Source: Neocallimastix sp. 'constans' (taxonomy: Eukaryota). From it: a DNA stretch of 64,000 nt. The position numbers and the translations under genes were made by a program. This document shows, piece by piece, positions 1 to 13,488 of this stretch (positions are counted from its first letter, which is position 1; each line of letters begins with the position of its first letter). The notes under the pieces were generated by a model. It did no database searches, was not told where the DNA came from, and saw nothing but the letters and a program-made list of their open reading frames with translations. The stretch is from contig JBODTK010000128.1 of assembly GCA_050613775.1 (NCBI GenBank), forward strand, positions 186,001 to 250,000. The letters are read 5' to 3'.

Positions 1-2695
1 TATGACAAATGATGTAAACATACTTACTAACGTCAAAAGGATACATAGATTAATTTACTTTGCTACGGGGGAATACGTCATAGCGAAATCTATTGGACAA
101 TACATTGGATACGTTAACAATACAAAAATCAAACTTAATAATGTTTTATATATTCCAGAATTCAAAAGAAATCTCATCTCAATTGATCAACTTATAAATA
201 AAAATTATAAAATAATTTTTTATAAATGCAATAATAAAAATTGTGTTACATTGTATAATAAAGTAAAGAATAAAATTTGTACAATATTTTCAAATGATTC
301 TAAAACATACAAATTATATACAACATTAAAAAATTTAAATTTTAATAAAAAATCTATTGTTTGCTATAATTTAGAAAATGCATCAAATAACAATCTTGAA
401 TTATGGCACAGAAGACTGGGTCATTTTAATATTGACCTTATTAAAGAGAAACTAAAGGATATACCCATTAAACAAAAGTGTCCTATTTGCTCAAGAGCAA
501 AACTTAAAAATTTTCAATATCCTAGGTCTGAAAATAAAACTAAAGGCACCTTTGAATTAATTCACATGGATCTTGTGAGTTCATCAGAACCATCTATATA
601 TGGTAACAAATATTTTCTCTCCATTTTAGATGATTATTCTCGTTATGGATGGGTTATATTCCTAAAATCAAAGGCGGATACCTTTGATGCTTTTATTATA
701 TGGTATAAAAGAATAAAAAATATATTTGATAAAACTATAAAATATATTAAAACGGATAATGGACTTGAATTCGCGAATTCAAAATTTAGAGAATTTTTAA
801 ATAACGAAGGTATTGTTCATCAACTTACAGTACCTTATAATCCACAACAAAACGGAAGGGTTGAAAGGCTTAATGGAACTGTTATTAGTAATGCTAGTGC
901 CATGCTGGAAGATGCCAAATTAAGTCGTAGATTTTGGGAAGATGCTGTCTCCACAGCAAATTATATACATAATAATATACCTCACAAAGGAAACAACAAA
1001 AAAGTCCCCTTTGAAGTATTATTTGATAAAAAGGTAAATTACAATAAATTTAAAGTTTTTGGTTGTAAATGTTTTTATTACGTTCCAAAACAATTTAGAA
1101 AGAAATTTTATAACTCTACCCTTCCAGGCATATTTATTGGATATGACAATTTTAATCCAACTGCATACAAAATATATGATTACAATAACAATAAAGTTAT
1201 ATTATCTCGTGCAGTGGAATTCTTTGAGGATATTCCTGGAAATGTTGGAAATCCTAATACTATTCCAGATATTGTTAATTTTACATTTTTTTCTGAAGAT
1301 AATAATAACGATGATATTCAAGAAATTTTTAAAGATTTTAATTATAACAATCAAAGTGATTTAAATAATAATATAAATTTAAATAATAATTTTAACCAAA
1401 ATAATTTAATTAAAAATTTTAATCAAGATAACCTTAATCATAATAATTTAAATAATAATTTAAATTTTATTAATAATAATTTAAATGGTCAATTAAATTT
1501 TAATATAAAAGAAAATAATATAAACGAAAAATTAAATTCACAAAACATAAATGCTCCATTGAATAATTTAAATCCGGACATTTATAATAATTATTTTCAA
1601 AATGAAAATTATAATAATTTTTCTAATGAAAATAATGATCATTTAAATAATAAAAATAATTTTAATAATTTAAATAATAATAATAATTTAATAAATAAAA
1701 ATGATTTAAATATTAATTTGGATAAATTAAATAAATTATCAAATAATTCAAATGTAAACAAATCTTCAAATTCAAATTTAATTGAGGAAAATATCGATAC
1801 TTATTTAAAGGATATCTCAAATAAACAGAAAGGGAAGGAAATTGCTAACACTAGTGAAGAAAATTTACAAAATGTAATTTCATTTGAAAACGAGGAATTG
1901 AAACATACTCAGAATTCAAACAATTCGAATGATGTAAACAAAAAATCAAATTTTATAAATGTAAACAAAAAACCAAATTTAATTCAACATAATAATTTTA
2001 TTAATAACTCGTTTAAAAGTAATGTTTATTCAGATAAGCAATTAAGTGAACGCGTAAGTAATACTGTAAGTAATAATGATACTATAAAACAAATTGATAA
2101 ACGCGTAAGTAATAACACGAATAATATTGATAATGTAAATTCTAATGAAATAAACATGTTAAATAATAATGAAAACAAAATTAATGTAAATGATAATATA
2201 AATACAAAACTAAGTAATATAAATGACCCAACCAATTTAATTGCGAAAGAAATAAGTAATGATATTAATAATTATAATAATGTTAATAAAAGATATAATT
2301 TAAGAAGTAATGTAAACAAAAGGTTAGATAATAAATTAAAAAATAATAATTCAAATTCAAAAGAAAAGAAAATTAAAACTAAGGATTCGAATAAACACAA
2401 AAATAATTCTAAATTCATTAATGAAGATAAACACTCAAACAATTCAAATTTAAAAAATAAAATTAAGAATAATTCTTTGGAAAGGAAAAAAGTTAAGGAA
2501 TCCGTGATTTCAAATGAAAATAAACAAATTAATTCTAATTTTAAAAATAAAAATTCAATTGAAGATAAACAAGTTAATTCTACTAATTTAAATAATTCCA
2601 AAGGCAAATTTACAAAATTGAATTCAGATAATTTCAATGACAATTCAAATTCAAATTCAAATTCAAATTTAAATAATTTAAATGACAGTAAATTA

Positions 2696-2752
<57 letters not shown>

Positions 2753-3347
2753 TCCTTAAGAGTGAATAGGAAAAGAAAATCTAAAAGAAATAATACTGAA
2801 GTTCGCAAGAAATATAAAACTTTTAACATAGAAGATATATTAGATGACAATGATACACCAATTAGTGAATCACCTTTTAGCGAATCCAGTATTATTGAAT
2901 ACAAAAGAAAACTTAGAAAAAGAAAATATAATCGTATCAATAAATCTAATATAGGTAATTATGGAAGTAAAAAATATAAATCTTTTAATATAGATGAAAT
3001 CATGGAAAATAATGCATTCATGGCTGTCGATATGAAGAAAGAATCTGATGAACCAAATTCTTATCAGGAAATTTTCTTTCGAAAGGATAAAGATGAGTGG
3101 ATTACAGCAATTAATAATGAATTAAATAATATGAAAAAAATGAATGTTTATACGCCTATTAAGAAACTTCCTAAAGGTGTCAACGTTATTTCTACTCGTT
3201 GGGTATTTAAAAACAAACACGATGCTAATGGTAGAGTATATAAGAAAAAGGCAAGATTAGTGGCACGTGGTTTTACTCAACAATATGGAATAGATTATAA
3301 AGAAACATTCGCACCCACTTTAAAACAAGATACAATTAGGATCATTA
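1..3347 (+). mobile_element. Ty1/copia LTR retrotransposon pol fragment (GAG-pre-integrase, integrase, Asn-rich linker, N-terminal part of RT), 3'-truncated; continues upstream of the window
   Basis: ORF 2..3454 has LWHRRLGH...CPIC (HHCC zinc finger), integrase core LIHMDL / IKTDNGLEF / PQQNGRVER, then copia RT start EPNSY..., RWVFKNK, KARLVARGFTQQYGIDYKETFAP. Integrase-before-RT order is copia-type. Similarity stops after IRII (~3347); the last ~35 codons are AT-rich run-on. No YVDD, RNase H or 3' LTR follows. Confidence 0.95.
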
Positions 3348-3803
3348 ACCCAAGAGAATCTTTTATTTTTTTTCTTATTTTTGCATTTAACTATATAAAT
3401 CAATTTAATATTAATTTAATATTTATATTTATATTTGTATTCATAAATAAATGAAAAAAAAAAAGAAAAGAGGACTCAATATTAAATAGGCTTTTTTTCA
3501 ACTTTAAAAACTTTAAATATTTAAATATATATATATATATATAATTTTTTAAATGATTGCTGCTTGAATAAGAACAAAAAATGTTAATTATTATAAAAAG
3601 AAAAAAAAAAAAGTAGTGACATTTTCAATAATAAATAAATTATAAAATATTGTAAATTTTTTCCAAAGAAAAAAGTTTATACAATAATTATTTAAATTAT
3701 TTAAAAAATAAATATTTAAAAAAAAAGTTTTATAAATAGCTTTCTTATAATAAGTATTATTATTATTATTAAAATAGTATAAATTTAGTTTGTTATTTAA
3801 ATA

Positions 3804-3839
<36 letters not shown>

Positions 3840-5415
3840 ATTTGAATAATCCACTATAAATTATTATGTATTTTTGTATTTTTTTTTTTTTTTTTTTAAT
3901 TAGGTTTCTATTTAGAAATAGATAAAAAACTATTGAAACTTTATTATTTATAAATATTCTATATAAAATTTTATATTTTTATTTGTGTACAATTTATCTC
4001 AAGTTATGTAACCATATAATCCACTTAAATTTCTTGATTTTCTTTTTATTTATTTCATTTATTTTATTTATTTTATTCCTATATTTAATAAATTAATTTT
4101 TTATAAAAATTCGAAAATTCAATGATTTAATATAAATAATTCAATAAATTATAAAAAAAAAATTTTTAAAACAATATTTCATTATATTTAATATGACTAA
4201 TTTTAAAATAAAGTTGAGTAAAAAAATAAAATAAAACAATGATAGAAAAAGAAATATATATATATTTATGTTTTATTCTATTCTATATTTTACTATGATT
4301 TTTATTATATATATTTTTTATTATATATAAATTTTTATTTTTTTTATACTTTTTATATACTTTTTTATATACTTTTTCAAATACAATAAATAAAAATAAG
4401 AACATTACTAATCAATGATTTAAAATTTTTTAAAAAATAAACAGTAATTAATATTTATTTATTTATTTATTTTTTTTTTTTTATTTATTTTGACATATAT
4501 AAAACATATTAAACTGAATTCAATTACTATTAAATAAATAATATAATAAATAAATATTGAAAAAGTTTTAATTTATTTAAAGTTTTCTTTTTATATAAAT
4601 ATATTTTCCACATATAGTGCTATATTGTTAAATAAAATTTAATTATTTAATAATTTTAATTTTAATTTTATTTTAATTTTTTTTTTTTTATTATATTTTT
4701 ATATTTATTTGAATATTGATATATATATATATATATATTTTTTTTTTTACAAAAGTTTCAATAATTTTAAAAAATAATTAAATGTTCATCATATAGAAAA
4801 GTGGGAATTTTTGTTATTAAATAGGAAATATTTCTGTTACTAATAAGGGAATAGCAAAATAAATCATTTAAAAATAATATAAATAATTAAAAATTGTATA
4901 TAAATAATTAAATTAAAAAATTAAAATTATTATACATATAAATATATTTATATATATGAAATATATTAAATATAATAAATAGAGGATAATATTATATATT
5001 AGTATGACTTTTAAACTTTGGATCCATTTAATTTAAATTTGTTTCAAAAAAAAAAAAAAAAATGTAATAATGAAATAAAAATAATAAAATAAAAAAATAT
5101 ATATATATTTATAAATAAATAAGTAAATAAATAAGTAAATAAATAAATAAAAAATAAAAATATATAAATACTTAAAATTACTTCAACTTTTTTTTTTTTA
5201 AAAAAAAAAAATAATTAAAAATAAATAAAAATAAAAAAAAAAAAAAAGTATAGACTAAATAAAAGAATATACTGAAATTAGAAATATTTATTTTTAAGGG
5301 GATTATTAGATTAAAAAAAAAAAGAAAAAAATTTATATATATATATATATATATACATAATAAAATAGAATAGAAATTAAAGTTTTTTAAATTAAGTTTA
5401 AAAAAAAATTAAAAA

Positions 5416-7386
5416 ATGAAGTTTAACAAAATATTTTCAACTTTAGGTTTATTAACCGCATCTTTAGTAAGTGCCTCAAGAAGTGATTTTTATGGCAGTG
5501 AAGATAATCGTCCAAAATTATTCCAAATTTTAGATGACCATGTTGGTACTATTAAGGTTAACTTAGAAAGTGAAGTTTGGGAAAATATGAAAAAGAAATC
5601 TGTTTTAGAACCATGGAATGCTGGTGAAGTAGGTGAAAAGTATGGTTCTGAAAATGCCACTTTAGAATTTTATGTTGATGGTACTGATTATAGAGTTGAA
5701 TTAAAACCAGGTCAATTTTCTTTCAAGCTTGGTGGTAAAATTACTCGTAACTTTGCTAAGCCAGGTTACAATATCAAAATTAATGATGGTAACATCTTTG
5801 ATGTTAAATTACTTCGTTTACGTTCCGGTATTCGTGATGTTTCTTTTATGCGTGAAAAGATCTGCTCTGATATTGTTTACAAAATGGGATTATTATCTAC
5901 TTCTACTAATTACGTTAATGTAGAAGTTAACGGTGAAAATCTTGGTATATTCATTCTTACCAATAAAATTAAGAAAGATTTTATTAAGAGACATTTTGGT
6001 GAAAAGAGTACTAATAATCTTTATGAATGTAAAAAGGATTTCTCTAGATTTGAAGATAATAGTATTGTTACCAATTGTGAAAATGCTAAGGAAGAACTTA
6101 TTAATGATAAGGATGATCTTCAAAAATTCGTTGATGCCGTCAACAATGCTAAGAGTGTTGATGACCTTAGACAATTTTTAGATGTTGATACCTTCATAAG
6201 AACTCTTGCCTTTGAATTTGTTACCTTATCTTGGGATCATTTCATGGGTCTTAGTCACAACTACTTCTGGTATAAGAGAACTGATGGTATTTGGACTATT
6301 ATTCTTAATGACTTTGACGAAACTTTAGGTGCTGATGTCTGGCCAAGTATTTTCCAAGGTGATGGTGACTATGTTAAGAAGTACGTTGATAAGTCATACA
6401 TTATTGATGATGTTACCATCATTAACTTCCCAAATTGTTCTGTTCATGATTGTGAAATGGGACACAAGATTGTCAAGTTAGTTATTCACGATAATGAAGA
6501 ACAATGGCGTGAAGTTATCGGTGATGTTGTTAAGAATGTTTACAACCCAACATTCATTAACAAGCGTATTGATGAAATTAAAGAATTAATTCAAGATGAT
6601 CTTGCTGTTAGTCGTGCTATTGATGAAACTACCGGTGTTTCTTTAGGTTGTTTCAATTCTGCTGGATTCTATCCAAAATGGAACATGACTCAATTTGAAA
6701 CTGGTGTTAACAATGTAGGTTGGCAAGCCAATACTGGTCAATCTCGTTGTTACGGTTTAAAATATTTCATTGAAAAGCGTTTCGACTATCTCTGCCATAC
6801 CTACGGTATTAATCCAGAAACTCTTGAATTAATTCAACCACGTCCAGCTGTTTCCTACTGGGGTATCATTAATAAGTATCCATTTGATTATGGAAACTTT
6901 AAATTATATGAAGATGAATTCGTTAAATTCACCTATCCAAATCTTGATAAGGAAGATTTCATGCAAGAATCTTACAATGCTGATCCAATTAAGAATGCTA
7001 ATCCACCATATGAAATGGCTCCATTCCTTTATGATGTTTACGAACAACCAGAACAACCAACCGCTACTACTGCTGTTGATACTCCAGTTGAAACTGATGC
7101 TCCAGCTGCAACTGATGCTCCAGAAAATTGCTGGTCTGAAGTTTTAGGTTATCCATGTTGTACCAGTTCCTGTCATGTCTACAGTACTGACAGTGATGGT
7201 CAATGGGGTTATGAAGACGACCATTGGTGTGGTATTGCTGATTCCTGTGCTAAGGAAACATGCTGGTCAAAGAAATTTGGCTATGGCTGTTGTGAAGGAT
7301 GCCGTGCCTATGAAGAAGATGCTGATGGTAAATGGGGTTATGAAAACAATGAATGGTGTGGTATTGTTGAACAAAATTGTCAATAA
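5416..7386 (+). CDS. cotH: Secreted CotH-family kinase domain protein with Thr/Pro/Ala linker and two C-terminal fungal dockerins (CBM10/NCDD), 656 aa, intronless
   Basis: Signal-peptide-like N-terminus MKFNKIFSTLGLLTASLVSA. CotH-like motifs KPGYNIK, DVSFMREK, VNGENLGIF, WDHF...HNYFWY, NDFDETLG. Linker PEQPTATTAVDTPVETDAPAATDAP. Two repeats CWS..GY.CC...D.DG.WGYE...WCGI at ~7129-7236 and ~7261-7365. Confidence 0.93.
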   Translation: MKFNKIFSTLGLLTASLVSASRSDFYGSEDNRPKLFQILDDHVGTIKVNLESEVWENMKKKSVLEPWNAGEVGEKYGSENATLEFYVDGTDYRVELKPGQFSFKLGGKITRNFAKPGYNIKINDGNIFDVKLLRLRSGIRDVSFMREKICSDIVYKMGLLSTSTNYVNVEVNGENLGIFILTNKIKKDFIKRHFGEKSTNNLYECKKDFSRFEDNSIVTNCENAKEELINDKDDLQKFVDAVNNAKSVDDLRQFLDVDTFIRTLAFEFVTLSWDHFMGLSHNYFWYKRTDGIWTIILNDFDETLGADVWPSIFQGDGDYVKKYVDKSYIIDDVTIINFPNCSVHDCEMGHKIVKLVIHDNEEQWREVIGDVVKNVYNPTFINKRIDEIKELIQDDLAVSRAIDETTGVSLGCFNSAGFYPKWNMTQFETGVNNVGWQANTGQSRCYGLKYFIEKRFDYLCHTYGINPETLELIQPRPAVSYWGIINKYPFDYGNFKLYEDEFVKFTYPNLDKEDFMQESYNADPIKNANPPYEMAPFLYDVYEQPEQPTATTAVDTPVETDAPAATDAPENCWSEVLGYPCCTSSCHVYSTDSDGQWGYEDDHWCGIADSCAKETCWSKKFGYGCCEGCRAYEEDADGKWGYENNEWCGIVEQNCQ

Positions 7387-8212
7387 ATTAATAAAAAAAA
7401 AATTATTTATATATAATATATATGTACAATTTTCATAAAACGTATATGAAATAATACAATAATATATATATATATATATAAAGAGAAAAAGAAGTTGAAA
7501 ATGTTTATATCTTAAAACCAAATAAAGTAATAAAATAACTTGTAAAATATAAAATAAAAGTAAAATATAAATTAAAATTAAAAAGTTCAGTATTTTTTAA
7601 AATTATAATAATACAACAATTGTTAATAATATATAAATAAATAATTATAATTATAATTATAATTAAATTAGTATTTTTTACAATGTAAAAAAAAAAAATA
7701 CTAGCAAGATAATCTTTTTTTAATATAAAATTTTTATTTGAAAGTTTTAGAAAAATTTTCTTACAAATAAAACAAAAAAAAAAAATAATTTATTATTATA
7801 AATTATAATAATAAAAGATAAGAAAGAAAAAAAAAAATAAGTTAAAAAAATAAAGTATAAAATAAGAAATAAAAATTATATCAAATTAAATTTAAATCTA
7901 TTATAAATATTATTATTTTTTTTTTTTTTAAAAAAAAAAAAAGAAAGTGGTGTGTGTGTGAGAGAGAGAGTTGTTAACATTTATAATTTTAATTTTTATT
8001 ATTATTTATAAACTTATTTATTTATTTATATTCAAAGTTTATATATTTAATTATTAATTTATTGATTATTCGTAATTATTATTATTATTATTATTATTAC
8101 TTAATTATATAATTATTTTTATTTTTATTTATTTATTTATTTTTATTTATTTTTATTAATGTTATTTATTTATTTATTTATTAATAATATACTATACGAT
8201 GAAACAATTATT

Positions 8213-8252
<40 letters not shown>

Positions 8253-9099
8253 AAAAGAAAAAGAAAAAAATATTATAATAAAAAAAAAATCCATTATTTT
8301 TATATATATATATTTATATAATTCAATAGGAATAAAATAGAAAAAAAAAAAAAAAAAAACCATCAGATCAAAGGTACTTTTTTGTTACTTACTTCGCTTC
8401 ATAGAAAGTACCTTTATTTAATATTTTACTGTTATTTCTTTCTTAATATCAAAGAGAATGAAATAAGGATCGATCATTTATTATTCTATATTCAAGGTAT
8501 TTGAATTACGAAAGGATTTAAATTGCTGGAAAAAAAAAAAAAAAACCAGTTTTACCCAATCCCCTAATAATCTTGATTTTTTAAGTTGTGACCCCCCCCT
8601 GTGACCCAGTAGTTTAATCAGAACTCTAAAAAAAAAAAAAAAAGTCCTTAATCCATGTTAAAAATATTCAATCCAACCTTTTTTTTTTATTTTTTTTTTT
8701 TTTTTAAAAAAAAAAAAAGTTGATCATTGATTGGGATCAAATAGAATAGAATCCTGATCAGATTTGATCAGATTTAGAACTTCAAAAAAAAAAAAAAAAT
8801 AAAAATAAAAACAAAGATGAAAAGAGTAGAAGTTGAATAAATGCTAAAAGTTTTAGAGAATCATTCTTATTTCTTAGAGAGACACCTACGCATGTCATCC
8901 CGTAACGATAGAGTCTTTTGTTTATTATATAAAAAAAAAAATAGTTTAACAAAAAAAAAAAAAAAAATTTTTTTTTTTTTTTTGTTAAACTATTTTTTTT
9001 TTTTTTTTTTCAACCCTATTTGCTTTTATACTTTTATAACGATTGGAACGTTTTTTTTTTTTTTTTTTTATTAGACTAAGAGAATAACTTTATTTAATT

Positions 9100-9286
<187 letters not shown>

Positions 9287-9344
9287 AAATTACATGAATT
9301 AAATGAAAAAGAACAAATAAAATACATGAAATAAAATATTATAT

Positions 9345-10155
9345 ATTATAAAATTATAAAATTATAAAATTATAAAAGTGCGTTAGAAGCAATAGCCTCT
9401 AACTTTTCCCATTCTTCGATAATAACACCACGTCCATTATTGCGAGTAATAATTTCAGTATTAGTGTTATCAATCGAATCTGTATCTGTCATTTCACCGG
9501 GAGGTAAAAATTCCATGCCATATCATTTCGACGTCGACGCTCTTAGCAAATAGTAGATTCAATGGAATACAATTTCATCATTAATCTAAAAGATTGACAA
9601 ATTTAATGGTATTACATTTGTTAGGAACTCCGCAATCCCCCACAAAATACGGAACAGTTGACGAAGTTGTTACTTTGTTTAAAAAATATTGTCAACTAAT
9701 TGTCTTTTGTTCCCCATCAATAACTTTAATTTTTGAATATATTGAACGCCCGCCAAGAAGAGTACTCAATATATAATAATAAATATTATTATCATCATAA
9801 TCCTTTTCTGAATCTAAAGAAACATTCAAGGATTTTTTTGTTCAATTATCATTGCAAACTTCAAAAAGAGATCATCTAGAAAAGGTAAAGAATTTATTTC
9901 TGTAATTTTCCAATTCTTTACAGGCAAAGATCCAGTGAGGAAAAGCTAGATACACTAACACCACAACAAGGACAACATTTTAGGGCAATCTTCTGAGATG
10001 ATTTTTTCTTTTAATGGAAATACTAATGTCAAATTTAAAACCAACACCTAATTCGAGAAATCCAAAAGAATCCCAACTGATACTTAGGATATTGAAATGA
10101 AATGTTAAGTTTCTGATTTCTGATATAAATCCAAAATCATTCTCCTTGTAAATAA

Positions 10156-10186
<31 letters not shown>

Positions 10187-10222
10187 GCTTTTTGAGGGTT
10201 TGAAGACATCTCTTTCCCAATA

Positions 10223-10266
<44 letters not shown>

Positions 10267-11040
10267 TTCACTTGTTTTCTTACCATTTAATTTCTTATCC
10301 AAAGTCCTTGATTCTTTTGTCGATGAGTAATGTGACATAGTAGGAATATTATTAGTGAGATGATTAATAATACATGATAAATTTTTTACCATTTTCTAAA
10401 GCAACGTAATTGAGATATAGCACAGGCAGCTGAAAGAGGAGGTATTCTCAATTCACGAGTAATATCATAGAGACTAATAGAAGAATTAAGAGATTTAAAT
10501 CCATAACTCCAATAAAAGTCCTCTATTAATTAATAATTTTTTTTTGAGCTTTAAAACATCTGCTCTTATTTGAACCAAAGAGAGGAGCATAATATATAAT
10601 ATATAACATGGCTAAGAATAAACGAAATTACAATATATTTCTTCAATGGGAGAAGAGGAATAGACTTATTAATAAGAAATCGAAAGAACAAATTTAATTT
10701 GACATTTAAATTACTGTTTAATTGGAATTATATAGGTTTCAAATGGTAAAGATTCATCAAAAGGAATACCAAATACCAAGATTAAGTATAGTTGTCAGTT
10801 TTAGGTAATTTGTTACTACCAATAAAGAAAGATGGATCTTCATAATATATCGGTTTAAAAACAAAGATAATCGGTTTTTACAACAAGAGTAGCACACACT
10901 TATTAATTCCAAAAGTCATTTCATTTTTTAATAGCCTTGTTTAGATGAAGCAACTAAAAACAATTATCATCCGCAAAAAAGTCCACCATAACAATATTTG
11001 AGAATCTAAATATATACACCATACTTATCACAATTATCCA
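9345..11040 (-). mobile_element. Degenerate 5'-truncated non-LTR retrotransposon (LINE) ORF2 relic: RT C-terminal half, zinc knuckle and 3' end
   Basis: Minus-strand translation across frameshifts and stops gives DNCDKYGV...GGL-FADD (FADD at 10977-10966), YEDPSFFIGSNKLPKTDNY..LG-IPFDESL, LYDITRELRIPPLSAACAISQLRCFRKW, CCPCCG....F.HWIFAC (~9977-9920), TLLGGRS, VPYFVG-IAEFLTN and EEWEKLEAIASNALL* (stop 9372-9370), followed by short TAATTTTA repeats. Confidence 0.85.
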
Positions 11041-11594
11041 TAATAAAATAATAAAAATAAAATTAAACAAACAAACAAACAAACAAAAAAAAAAAAAAAA
11101 AAAAAAAAATTTTTTTTTATTTTTGTAGACTTTGTAGTATTAATAAAAATCTAATAATTTAATAAAATTTCATTATTCTTTTTATATATATTTCTTTTTT
11201 TTTTTTTTTTTTTTTTATAACAAATATTATGAATTATTGATATGAAATTATATATATTTTTTATTTTTTATTTTTTTTTTTTTTCTTCAATTTACATATT
11301 AAAAAATTTTTTTTTTGTCAGATAAACGTTTTAATATATATATATATATATATATATAATAATAATGTAATAGGTTTGATAATAAATTTTTTTTTAAACT
11401 ATTTTTTTTTTTTTTTTTTTTTTTTTTAAATATTTTAAATTAATATTAAAGATATAAAATAAAAAAAAAATAAAAATAAAAAAAAATAAAATAAAAATAA
11501 AAATTAAATTAATAAATAAGTATTTAAAAAAAAAAAAAAAAAAAAAGAAAAAGAAAAAAAAAAAAAGATAAAAAAAAATTTTTTTATTTTTTAA

Positions 11595-11628
<34 letters not shown>

Positions 11629-11728
11629 CCCTATTTATTTTATTTATATAAATTAAAATGGATAAAGATGAATTTATTATTTTTTTTATTATTATTCTTT
11701 ATATTATATTATTATTATTATTATTGTT

Positions 11729-12647
11729 TTATTCTTCCTTTGGTGGATTAGTATAAATTAAACGATTAGCATTTTCAGTCCAAAATGGTAATCCCTTAAT
11801 AACATTTGGAGTACTCATATCAATAATAACTTGTTTAATTTCCTCTGGAGTCTTAGTTGCATGTTCTGGCATACTAAGTAATAAAGCAATTAAACCAGCA
11901 ACATGTGGACTGGCCATGGAAGTACCAGAAATAGTATTGGTAGCAACTTTAGAACCAATCCAGGCAGAAGTAATATAATGACCTGGTGCGAAAACATCAA
12001 CACAAGTACCATGGTTTGAGAACCAAGCCATACGGTCATCCATAGTAGTGGCACCAACGGTAATAGCATTTTTAGCAGCGGCTGGTGAATAATTACAGGC
12101 ATCAAGACCATCATTACCAGCAGCAACGGCAAATTGAATACCAGCTTTAACAGCAGCATCAACGACACGATCTAAAGCACGACTACGACCACCACCTAAA
12201 CTCATATTAGCAGCAGATCTTACAATAATTTTTTCATCATCTTCTCCAGCTCCTTCATTAATCTTTTTAGCTTCAGCTACACGTTCATTATGATGTTGTA
12301 CAGCAAATTCAATACCCTTAATAACATCACTCATTGAACCTGAACCATTGGAACGTAAGACCTTAATAGCTACAATATTTGCTTTCTTGGCAACACCATA
12401 CTTCTTACCAGCAACAGTACCAGCAACATGAGTACCATGACCATTTCCATCAACATCTTCATCATCTTCTGGAATAGTAGCACCCTATTTTTTTTTTTTT
12501 TTTAATTAAAATTTATTATTATAATTATTTATTAATAATATTTATTATTTATTATTATTTATTATTAATTTAGAATATTTTTATTCATTATTATTATTTA
12601 TTACATATATACATTTTTTTTTATTAATTATATTTATTTATTTCTAT

Positions 12648-12683
<36 letters not shown>

Positions 12684-13488
12684 TTTTTATTTTTATTTTT
12701 ATTTTTTATTTAATTTTATATTAATAACTTACCCAAACAGCTCTGTCTTCAAAATCAACATGATTAACATTAACACCAGTATCTATAATATAAACAGTAA
12801 CATTTCTACCAGCAGCTTCATTGTAGGCATATTTCTTGTATTCTTCTTCAGTAGCTGGCTTAGAACGATGAGCAATACGTGAAAGACCCCATGGTGCATT
12901 AGTATCAACATCAAGAACATGAACTACTTGATCCTTTTCAACATAGGCAACCTTTTATTTCATTTTATTTTAGTTTAAAATAAGAAAAATATATATATTT
13001 AATAAAAATTCAAACTATATATATATATATTGAAAAGTGATTCGAAAATAAAAAAAAATACACATATATATATTAAGTAATAATAATAATATTTAATATT
13101 TAAAAATATTTTCTCTTACTTCTTCACTATTTCTAATCTTCTCAATAGTTTCAAGTGAAAATTTTCCAGAATAACCACGGAATTTAGATTCAATATCAAA
13201 GATATGATTAACTTTTTCTTCTGATTCAGAAGAGGAAGTTTGAATAAGATTAAGTAACCAAGTAGTGTGCTTTCCTGATTTCATAATATTTACATCATCC
13301 TTGAAAACAACAATATAATTGCCTGGAACTTCTTCAGCATCAACAGAAGAATAAAGTGGTGCTACTTTATTCTTAGAATATGTAAGAATTTCATCTTTTT
13401 GTTCAACTTGAACATTTAAATTACCTTTTATCATACCAAAAACTGGTAAGATAACACTAGTTAAACTTATTAAGTTGAAAAATTTCAT
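11729..13488 (-). CDS. Subtilisin-like S8 serine protease (proteinase K / vacuolar protease B type) with signal peptide and I9 propeptide, ~447 aa; exons 13488-13120, 12951-12733, 12484-11729
   Basis: Spliced frame is open across GT..AG introns. Catalytic triad motifs YIIDTGV, GNGHGTHVAG and SGTSMASPHVAG; also APWGLSRI, NMSLGG, AAGND. Propeptide motif YIVVFK...GYSGKFS. Confidence 0.95.

Noticed and set aside
2026..2940. Minus-strand Leu/Phe-rich ORFs
   Set aside because: Antisense shadows of the Asn/Lys-rich copia linker.
10105..10392. 95-aa Lys-rich ORF as an independent gene
   Set aside because: Part of the decayed LINE ORF2; the Lys runs come from homopolymer tracts.
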